A DNA stretch of 64,000 nucleotides from Zygnema circumcarinatum SAG 698-1b (Eukaryota; Plantae; Zygnematophyceae): positions 682,001-746,000 of the forward strand of contig CM074820.1 of assembly GCA_037447605.1 (NCBI GenBank), read 5' to 3'. The first letter of the stretch is position 1, and each line of letters starts with the position of its first letter. Of this stretch, positions 1 through 9,854 are shown one piece after another. A model generated the notes under the pieces. That model did not search any database and had not been told where the DNA came from. It saw only the letters and a program-made list of their open reading frames with translations. The position numbers and the translations under genes are program-made.

Positions 1-1023
1 TCTCCTCAATAGCAGTAATTCGCTTCACTATGGCTCCCTGCATAAACTCAAGTCCGGACTGTATCAAAGGAGAACGGAAAAAAAGCAGAAAATAAAACAG
101 CAGCTCACATGGCAACAAAAACCATTTCACTCCCACTTCTCTCCTCCACTAGTCTCACTCTCCTGTCCACCCTCTCCCTACCTTGACATCCCAATTCCTC
201 TCCATCTCTCCCACCCCCACCTGACCAATTCCTCCCCATATTCCACCTCTCTCTCTCACTCCTCTTCTCCCCACCATCTTCGTCCCCCTCCCCATTCTCA
301 ATCTCCAGTTCCACTTTCCTTCCTCCCCTTCCCCCTCCCCCCACACCGTCTCCCCTATTGCCTTCCCTTCCCCCTTGCCTGTTTCCCCCTCCACCCCCCC
401 ATCCCCACTTATTTCCTTTTCTCTCCCCCCTTCCCCCTTCCTCACTCTCTATTTAGCTATTCCCCCTCTCCCTACTCACTCTCAAACCCCTTCTCCCCGC
501 TATCCCTAACCACCTCTCCCTCTACCCACGCCTTTCCAAGTAACTCCCCCTCCACCTCACCCTCTCTCTCTCCCTCCACCTCCCGCCCCACTGCCCCTCC
601 CCCTCCCNNNNNNNNNNCCCCCCCTCCCTCTCCCTCTCCCTCTCCCCCTGCTGCCGCACGTGCCTGTCCCGCGAGGTGGTGGCTCCCTATGGCCATGGTG
701 ACGGAGAGCACGGTCGGCATCGCGATGGGGATGCCCCCCACGAGCAGCACCAAGATGTTGTCGATGCCGCGACGGTACGGACGCCGCTGTACGGCGAACA
801 TCACAATGATCTCGATCACGATGCACACCGCGATCAGGACGATGCAGAACGCGCCGATAAGCGTCAGCACCTGCGGGAGGGAGGGAGGGAGGGAGGGAGA
901 GGGAGGGAGCGAGGGAGAGAGGGAGGGAGGGAGGAGGGGAGATATGAAGAGTGTTAGAAGGGAAAAGGGAGAGGAAACAGGACAAGGGAGACCCATTTGA
1001 TGGGCAGAGATGGAGAAAGTGAA

Positions 1024-1085
<62 letters not shown>

Positions 1086-2989
1086 TGAGACAGAGAGAGC
1101 ACCGACCATCTGAAAGTGTCCGGATGCAGCCGTGTTCTCCACCATTTGAGCCGCTCTCCCAAGGAAGCTGTTGGGTCCGGTGGCTATTACCAGAGCCTGC
1201 AGCTCCCCCTGCTTGCAGGTCGACCCCGAAAAGACCAACTCGCCGCTTGACTTGCTCACAGGGAGAGCCTCGCCAGTCAGGGCGGACTGCGGAAAAATGT
1301 CCAGAAACGAAAATAAGTAAAGAGAACGTAAAGAAGTGGAAAATGAAAAATGGAAAAAAGCTGTACAGGAAAAAAGCCCAATCTTTAGATAGGATGTAAT
1401 GAGGGTCTAAGATGGTGTGAAGGTTTTCAGGTGTGTGTGTGTGTGTGTTTTTTTTTCTTACTTGATCGATTTTTAAGGGCTCCCCCTCAAGCAGGCGAGC
1501 ATCGGCCGGCACTATGTCCCCTCCGCGGATGGAAATTATGTCTCCGGGAACGAGCTCTCCGGCGCTCACTTCTGTCCAAGTTCCGTCTCTCACAACCTGA
1601 GAATTTCAATCAAAAAAGAAAAAAAATCAAAAGGAAAAAAACAAAAGACAAACAGACATATAAACCATGCAGACTCAAATTGGTGTGTAGAAAGAAAAAA
1701 GGGCCATTGACTCGCAGGAAAACTGAAACAATCATCAATAAAATTACATAGTTGTGCCCGAGTGGAAGAAAGATAAAGTCAGCGACTCAGTAATTTTCCC
1801 ACACTTTCTTTCTTTAGTCTTTAGTTTTTTTCTTTAGTTTTTTTTTTCGTACTTTAGCGTTGAGTGCGAGGTTCGCCATTAGACCCGCCGCCGCCTTTCC
1901 AGCATTGCGTTCTTCCACGTACGAGAGAGAGGCGTTGACCACGAGGAGGAACACAATGCCCAGGAAGTCCTGCCAGTCCGGGGGCTCGCCCTGGGGAGGG
2001 AGAGAGGGAGGGAGGGAGAGAGAGAGAGTGGGAGAGATGGAGGGGGAGAGGGAAAGGGAGAGAGAGTGGGAAAGAGAGAGGGGGAGAGGGAGAGAGATAG
2101 AGAGAGAGGAAAGGAGAGAGGGGGAAACAGGGACAAGGGAGAGTGAGAGAGAGAGGGAGAGATAAGGGGAGAGGGAGGGGAAGAGGGAGGGGGTGATGGA
2201 GGTTGATAGGGAGGGGAAAAGAGAGATGGAAAAGTACAGAGAAAGGGGGGGGGCAAAGACAGGGGGAAAGAGCGGAGGAGAGAAAGAGGGAAAGGGAGAA
2301 AGAGTCAGACACATTCACATGCCGAAAAGTGTTGGGGAGAGCAGGGGAAAGAGAGAAAGGCTTCAGGTCCACGCCCACGAAAAAAATACACAGATGGAAA
2401 GAGAGAGGGAGAGGGAGGGGAAGGAGAAGATGCAGAGAGAGGGATAGCAGAGAAACGTGCGAGTAGCGAGAGAAGCACGCAGAGAGAAATTCTCAGTAAA
2501 GCATTTTCTTCATAAAAACGAAAAAGTTCTTCATTTTCATTATTCTTATCTTGCCTGTGTTCTCTTTCTCCCATTACAAAAGATCGTTGGAAGGCTGATC
2601 AACACGCAAATCCGGGGCAGAAAAGTAAATTTAACAGACCTGCCCGTTCGAGACGGCAATGGCGACGACGGCGGCCGCTTCCATCACCCACGACAGCGGA
2701 TTGTTCATGTACGAAAAAAACTTCAAAATGGGATTTTCCTGCAGAAATTCAAAAAGAAGGTAAGAAAAAACAACCACCTCCTACTCGCCCTCCCCTCTCT
2801 CCCTCCCCTCCCTCCCCTCCCTCCCGTCTGTCCCGCCCTCTCTACCCCTCTCCTCTCCTCCCACACCCCTGTCCCCCCCACTCTCCCCCTCTCCTCTCCT
2901 CCCTCACCCCTGTCCCCCCCTCTCTTCCCCCCTCCTCCCCTCCCTCCCCTCCCTCCTCCCATCCATCCCCTCCCTCCCTNNNNNNNNNN

Positions 2990-3036
<47 letters not shown>

Positions 3037-3182
3037 CTCTCTCGCTCTCTCTCTCTCTCTATCTCTCTCTGGAATTTGTCGTTTCTCACCATGTCAATGT
3101 CCTTGAGAGCACCATGAGAGAGCTCGTAGGTCTCAGCAGCCTCTCCATTTCCGCCATCGATGCGTTCCTTGATTTCTCCCAT
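1..3182 (-). CDS. AHA: Plasma-membrane P3A-type H+-ATPase, 5' part (continues past the window start). Exons 3182-3090, [exon 2 probably lost in N gap 2980-2989], 2738-2640, 1990-1853, 1596-1462, 1286-1107, 870-664, 37-<1
   Basis: Spliced translation gives [101 protein letters not shown] and [12 protein letters not shown]. Visible introns are phase 0 with AG acceptors and GT donors (one GC). Confidence 0.96.
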
Positions 3183-4122
3183 GGAGACTCAATTCCGTAA
3201 AGGAGCCAGTCCTCAGAAAACTGAAACAAACGGCAGGGAAGAGCAGCATGTAAGATTGGTTATCTTTCCATCCGTCTCTCTCACCTCTCTCTCCCTCTAC
3301 TCCTCCTATCTTGTCCTCTCCTTCCCTTCCTCCCGCTACCCTCGTGCCTCCCTCCCTGGTCCATTCGTCTCCCCCCCTTCGCTCCCTCTTTCTCGTCCCC
3401 TCTTCTACCCCTTCTCCTCCCCTGCCCGCTGCCTCTCCATATAATATCCCCTCCCCTTCTCCCTTATCTCTCCCTCTCCTCCATTCCTGAGCTTCACCTA
3501 CTACCCTCTGCCCTACCTCTCTTCACACCCTCTGCCCCCCTCCCTCGCCCTCTCAATTCAAGAACAGCGCTCACTCTTTCCCTCATAACACTCTCTCATT
3601 CTCTCTCCCTTAGTTCCACTCTCGCTAATTCAGAAGCATTCACTTAACTTCGAATCCCCCCCCCTCTTTCCTGCTCTCGCCTCCACCTCTCAGTTGTGTT
3701 TTCCTAGCTGACTCTCTTTTTCTCCATCTATCGTTCTCTCGCAGTCCAGTCCCACTCCCTCTATCCCTATCCCTCTCTCTTCCTTTTCCTCTCACTCTTC
3801 CCCTCTTAAATCTTCCTCTCCTCCAAGATTTAAATCCTTTCTCCTTGTTTTGCCTCTCCCTCTCTCCTTCTCTTCCTCCTCCCTTCCCATAATCTCCCTC
3901 TGTCACTCCCTCTCCTCTCGCGCTCCTCTCTCCCTCGCCATCCCTCCATTCTGTATCTCCCATTCCCCTCTCCCACTGAACCTCTCGCCCCCTGTCCCTG
4001 CCGTACCTCCCTCTCGCCCACTCTTCCACCCGAGAGCGCAGAGCACAGCCTGCGACTGCGCGCGAGAGAGACAGAGAGAGAGAGAGTGAGAGTGAGAGAG
4101 GGAGAGAGAGAGAGATAGAGAG

Positions 4123-4165
<43 letters not shown>

Positions 4166-4259
4166 GAGAGAGAGAGATAAGGCGAGAGGGGAGAGGGAGT
4201 GGGAGAGACAGGAGGCACTGCGCGCCACGCCAACAAAAGGCCAAATGGGCCCGCCGCCG

Positions 4260-5545
4260 GCTTTATACGCCGCACCCACTGCCCGATCTTTCAGGGCAGA
4301 AACAAATTTCACCTTGATCTGTTCAATGTTTGCACCGTAAGAAGCACGAAACTGCATCTCACACTTGCGAGTGTACGCATTGGCTAATAGACTAGTGCCA
4401 CGTGTAATTTTTTCCACGTGGCAAGAAATAAGTGGTTGAAGTTCTACAAATAATCACAAATCTGTGAAATTTATCGATAAAATTTTTAACCGCATATAAA
4501 ATCAATTTTTTTTTCGGGCAGAAGTCTGCCTGGGGGAGGAGGTTGTGGGGCAGGTGAGAAGGGTCGAACCTTCCAAGGAATTTGGGAGAAAGCGACGGAT
4601 GCCACGTGGTAGACTCTGAATGGTGGGTCCATCAGGAAGCTGGCTCGCACGTGCCAAATTGACGAGGTGTTGCCAAATGTCGGTGCGCCAAGCTCGGTTC
4701 GGTTCAGTTTCTCACGAAAAACCTGATTTTTTAGGTTCGGGATCAATCAATCGGCTGTTACGTCGCCACGTGTAGACATTGTGGAACCTGGGCCGTCGAT
4801 TGTGTAACCGTTTTCCCATTTTTTTCATTTTTTGGACCGCGTGTGGCAGATCTTAGCCGAGGAGGGATCGCTGGTTCTGCCACGTGGACAAAAGACCAAA
4901 AATGACGTAAAATCCAGGTATAAATGAGAAGATTTTCCCGCCCGGGTTATACCAATCACATGCTACCTCGAGTCCTACGTGGCAAGTTCTGATTGGGCAG
5001 TTCTTTAAATTGCTCAAATTTCTTCTATTACTTTCCAGCGAATGCTCACTGAAAAAAATTGGGGGGAGGTGTTATCTGGACGGTCGAGATTCAGGCTCTC
5101 CGGTTGTACCCGGCCCGGCGCTTTCGGATTTCTAAAATACTCATAAGCGGCCAAATTCTGATTTTATTGACCCTTAAATTTCGTGAATTTCAATTTACAC
5201 ACCTTCTTCGTATAGAGACACACCTTTTTAAAACAAAAATCTCTTATGCCATAAAAACCCTAAAATAATATCTGACGATGAAAAGGGGTGTGTGTCTAGT
5301 GGAAAAAGGTGTGTAAATATCGTTTTCCTTCAATTTCAGATTTTAGTTTTGACCCTAAAGCCGCCCAAAATTTGTGGGCCAGATTTGCCAGTAAAGCCGT
5401 GGAAGCTGCATTGTTGGCCACGTGGTGGGATCCCATTGGATATCATCATGTGCGATGCAAGCAGGCCATTGGCCGCTGTAGATACCGAAATCGATTCCCC
5501 TCCTTCAGGACCTTTCCAGGGCCCATGGACCGCGCCACGTGTACA
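4260..5545 (-). promoter_or_regulatory. Putative H+-ATPase promoter: TATAAA (minus, ~4262-4267) plus a cluster of G-box/ABRE motifs
   Basis: CACGTG at 4399, 4415, 4603, 4648, 4767, 4881, 5419 and 5536, mostly in GCCACGTG context; TACGTGGC at 4976; several CCAAT/ATTGG. Confidence 0.55.
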
Positions 5546-6464
5546 TGATTACAGGTGGCAAGCCGCCATCAACTGAAGACCGCCGGCCGTGCAGGACGCG
5601 TGCCGCCCGGTCCGCCCCGCGCGCTGCAGTTTGTCGCGACGCGGGCCGTTTGGGGTTAGTTGGAATTGTCACTTGACTAAGAATAGTCCAGTGACAAATA
5701 ACCAATGTCAGTGTTGTAATCATTAGTCATTAGTCCAAAGGCAATGGTCAAGATTGCATATTCGTTTTTTAGTCAATAGTCTTAGTCATTAGTCGTGGTC
5801 ATGCGACCAATGTGGACCCGTTAAAACTGAGCGCTCACACTGTGGCCGTTGTTCAGGATCATCTTTGTCGTGTTCACACGTAGCTTGTACCGTGATTGAA
5901 TTTGGGATGTGGGACTTCAAACGAATGAGTTGTGGTGCAACGATTTTTCCGTGCTTCAATTGAACTGAACTGTAACTGCAACTGGAACTGTCAACTTTAC
6001 TACGACTGTGACTGCCTAGCGTTTAGTCCGCATGTATCCTTCATGCAGTGTATGGCAAAGAATCTCAAATCACGATACTAGGAAAGAGGAGGAGAAATTC
6101 TGCAAAATGTAACCCACAAGTACAACATCTTGACTTCAATCCCTAGAGGAAACGCAACCTCTCCACAACAACAAAAGTACCACGCCCATGGACTTTTCAA
6201 GGGTCATTCATTACATTTGCTTACGGCTCACAACATTCCCCCCAAACCCTAATTCCAACTCCCTCAAGGAGCTTCACCTCTAGAGGCACTCCATCGCTCA
6301 GTGAGCAACAAGCAAGCGCTGTCCATGGAATGCCCAGCCCCTCTGCTAAGCAGAGTCCCTCCATCTCCAAAACCCTCCAAACCTTCACGTGCAGCGGAAA
6401 TCTAACTTCAAAAAGTGACCTGTATGTATGTATGTATGTTTGTGCGTGTCTGTCATTCTCGCCG

Positions 6465-6899
6465 TCAAGTCTTTCTTCCATCCGTCTCCTTCTGCCACTT
6501 GCCATGCGCGCATGCACAATCCTGCACCATGCAGGCTGGCCCATAAAAGCATGGCGGCAAATGCGCATAATCGCAGGTCTCCCGCTTGGGGCAGCTGTTC
6601 CCATCTTTGCATTCCGGGGCGGGATGTGAGCCCTCACAACTGTTCTTCGTCGGACATTTGGCTGACAGTTGACATGGATTAGGGCGTGGACTAGGGCGTG
6701 CATAGAAGCTGGAAGGGTAACGGGGCTGCGGATGAAGATATTTGCAGTCCTTCTTTCGACAATTGTCTTCCATGTAACATTCGGGGAAGTGCGAGTAGTG
6801 GCAGTGGTCCCGGCGGTCGCAGTTCCGGCCATAGCGACATGGGTTCAGATAGTTCCGCTTGGGAAGTCCCGTCCCTGTGGAAGTGTTCGTGGGATCCAT
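6465..6899 (-). CDS. Tandem CCCH zinc-finger protein 1 (5 fingers, C-x5-C-x4/5-C-x3-H, Nab2/ZC3H14 type), ~144 aa
   Basis: MDPTNT start; fingers CRYGRNCDRRDHCHYSH, CYMEDNCRKKDCKYLH, CQLSAKCPTKNSCEGSH, CKDGNSCPKRETCDYAH, CFYGPACMVQDCACAH. The C-terminus could be spliced differently. Confidence 0.8.
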   Translation of the reverse strand: MDPTNTSTGTGLPKRNYLNPCRYGRNCDRRDHCHYSHFPECYMEDNCRKKDCKYLHPQPRYPSSFYARPSPRPNPCQLSAKCPTKNSCEGSHPAPECKDGNSCPKRETCDYAHLPPCFYGPACMVQDCACAHGKWQKETDGRKT

Positions 6900-6959
6900 A
6901 AGAAAGCGGGAAGGTAATGGAATCCTACTTGTGAAATCAAAGCACATAGGAAAAACCAA

Positions 6960-7288
6960 GCGCTCTCTCGCTCGCTCTCTCTCACGCTTCCCGGCCTCCC
7001 TCTCCCTCTCCCTCTCCCTCTCCTTCCGCCTCCCCCTCCCCCTCCCCCTCGTTTTCTGGCTTTACTGGGGCCACTACTATTCCGGGTCGATGCATGATAT
7101 CGAAATGTCTCGCTGGATTCCTGCATGCCTGCATGCAAAAACTTCCTAATGCTTCTACTTCCGTTCGTGATCGGCCATTGACATTGACATGCATGCCGCC
7201 TCAGCGTGACGCGCTCAATGTTCCTTAACGCCGGCCATGCACGCACATGTCTTAAGCAAACTGCGTTGGAGAATAGAAAAGCCGTGGC

Positions 7289-7330
<42 letters not shown>

Positions 7331-7454
7331 ATCATAGTCGTCCTTCCTCTCTCCCCCCCTCCTGGATCACCTCTCATACACTCTCCCCCCTCTCCCCTCC
7401 CCCATCTCTCCTCTCTCTCCTCTCCCTTTCTCCCTCTCTCCTTCAACCAACACC
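6960..7454. promoter_or_regulatory. Short bidirectional promoter between CCCH genes 1 and 2, rich in RY (CATGCA/TGCATG) motifs
   Basis: Head-to-head starts at 6899 and 7455; at least five RY cores between ~7090 and 7245, flanked by CT-rich UTR-like tracts. Confidence 0.5.
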
Positions 7455-7952
7455 ATGGCGCTTTGGTTTTCCCGCGAGAAAGAAGGTAAAGGCAAGAGCC
7501 CCCAACAAGAAGACAGCAACCCTTACGCCACCGACTACACTGTTCCATGCATCCATGGAAACCTCCGCTCCGTTTGCGCCTTCTCCCATTTCCCTGACTG
7601 CGTAGATGGAGCGAGCTGCAAGAGAGTGACCTCCTGCCAATACACGCACCCTCCCCTGTGCCCCGAAGGGCTGCGCTGTACGAAACCCTCCGGCTGCCAA
7701 TATTGGCACCGCCCACCTGCCTGCAAAGAAGGTGCCACGTGTCGCAAGGTGGCGGCCTGCAAGTATTGGCATCCTCCTCTCTGCCGGGATGGGCTCGCCT
7801 GCAAGAAGAGGATGCTGTGCAGCTACATGCACATTCCGTTTGCCGTTGTGTCTAACGGAACGGTGGAGCGTAGAGAGAGGGAGGCACTGTCTATGTGGGA
7901 GGGAGAGGGGTCGATGGGTCAGCGGCGAAGATTTGGAGGGCAATATTATTAG
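7455..7952 (+). CDS. Tandem CCCH zinc-finger protein 2 (1 degenerate + 4 intact fingers), 165 aa as an unspliced ORF
   Basis: DYTVP followed by CVDGASCKRVTSCQYTH, CPEGLRCTKPSGCQYWH, CKEGATCRKVAACKYWH and CRDGLACKKRMLCSYMH with HPP linkers. The 3' end is uncertain (strong donor AG/GTACGT at 7979). Confidence 0.8.
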   Translation: MALWFSREKEGKGKSPQQEDSNPYATDYTVPCIHGNLRSVCAFSHFPDCVDGASCKRVTSCQYTHPPLCPEGLRCTKPSGCQYWHRPPACKEGATCRKVAACKYWHPPLCRDGLACKKRMLCSYMHIPFAVVSNGTVERREREALSMWEGEGSMGQRRRFGGQYY

Positions 7953-8834
7953 AAGAGCTCGAGGGGAAATGGCATCAGGTACGTGAAAAGACGTCGAGTG
8001 AAATTTGGGTCTAAGAAGGGTGTAGAACACAAAGATCGGGAAAGAAAATAGATGGGTTATGGTGAATGGGTATGTGTTTTTTTTTTTTTTTAAGGTGGTG
8101 TGGTGTGTTGGGGTCTCATTCTGAGGGTGTTTATTTGCTTCTTGGAATATGAGAAAAAGCATGGCTCTTATTTCTTTATCCTTCTTTTGAATGTGCTGCA
8201 GATGTCTGTGCGCTGATTTTGGCAATGAGAAAGGCCCAAGAATGTTCTGAAAGAGCCAAAAAAATACGCATTTGAATCGCTGCTGGAGACCGACGTGTAC
8301 ATGCAATAGAGCCCCACTTGTCCCTGTTTTTTTTTTTTTTTTTTTCAAAGCAGACATTCGAAGAAAGGATGTAACGAAACTCGAGACAAATATCGACCCG
8401 AATTTTTCATTTTTTTTTTTGTCTTCTTTTTTTGCCCTTGTATATACTTACATGGAATTGTATGGCTTGGTGTTTTTTTGCCTCTTGATTGTTTCAATGC
8501 ATGACCTGTAACATGGCAGAAGTTAATACTAAATTGAAGCGTGTAAATGTTCACCTTTGCACAATTATATTTGCGAATGATAAGAAAGTAAAATATTTTC
8601 ATCACGAGTTTGAAGACTACTACTTATTATTTGCTCTTCGCTGTTTTGATGCGATTCTTTTCTACTTTTTCCTTCACTTGATGATTGTTCTTTCCGTCTA
8701 ATTCAACATGTTTCCAGAAACCGTCATTTCAACATCATATTATTAATAACGTTAAGTGTCGAAAACCAAATAAAGAAACTATGAAGGTAATTAATCGCCT
8801 GGACATCAACTGCGACGCCTATGCAGACATTTTG

Positions 8835-9240
8835 ATGGATCCTTGTGTTGCATGCGGCTCCCTTGTTAAAGTCAATACCATGGACCTTTGCACTGCATGC
8901 TGTTTTCTTGATAAAGTTAAGGTCATGGACCTTTGCACTGCATGTGGCTCCCTCGATAAAGGCAAGGCCATGGACCTTCGCATTGCATGCTGTTCCCTTG
9001 ATAAAGTCAAGACCATGGAACTGTGCACTGCATGCGGCTTCCTTGATAAAGTCAAGGCCATGCAATGCACGCGACTCTCTTGGTAAAGTCAAAATCATTA
9101 CCTTTGCAATGCATGTGGTTTTCTCGATAAAGTCAATACCATGGACCTTTGCACTGCATGCGACCCCTCGATAAAATCGAGACCCTGGACCTTCACATTG
9201 CATGTGGCATACCCCTCTTTAAAGTTAAATTCATGGATCT
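8835..9240. repeat. 45-bp minisatellite, ~9 diverged copies
   Basis: Unit approx ATGGACCTTTGCACTGCATGYKGYTYYCTYGATAAAGTCAAGGYC repeated head to tail. Confidence 0.9.
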
Positions 9241-9854
9241 GGTCCCTCTCTAAAGTTAACGCCATGCAGCACGAGGCTCAGCCCTGGCCATGAAACCATG
9301 AGCGAAACTGCTTAATACATGCGAGAATTCGAAAAGGAAAAAAAACGCTGGGCATTCATAATTCATAATTTCGTAATTATGAAATAGTAATACATAATAA
9401 TAATTCGTAATTCATAATTTATTCATAATTCATAATTTTTGTTTTCACAAAAGGGAAACGCCTGAGGGCCCACAACCCGGCTCCTGGCGGTTCCCGAACC
9501 GGCGGGTTTAAGACTTTGCATGCAGCGGTGATAGAAGGGACCCATCTGCATGCGACTTTGAAAAAGAGCCATGCAGCGGCGACATTCATCGATTTCTACT
9601 TAAATAATTTGCTTCCTAATCTTTTGCCGCATGCAGGATGAACGAAGCCAATACCATACATAAGCAGCTCCCCAAAGTAACATACCCTTTACTTTTCTGC
9701 ACATCTCATCTCCAGAGAAGAAGCCAAACCTACTTCTCATTACTGCTCCTCTCTCTCTACTTCTGAAAAGAAAAGCCAAGGTGAAAACTTACAGGAGGTC
9801 CATCCAGGCATTTCAATGTGATAGTTGGCTCTAACGAACCTCAGAATCATCGCT

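Noticed and set aside
105-4417. Many long ORFs rich in SL, ER, G or P repeats (also 12010-12459, 13224-13659, 14178-15817)
   Set aside because: They are translations of CT/GA microsatellites and purine tracts in introns and UTRs, which simply lack stop codons.
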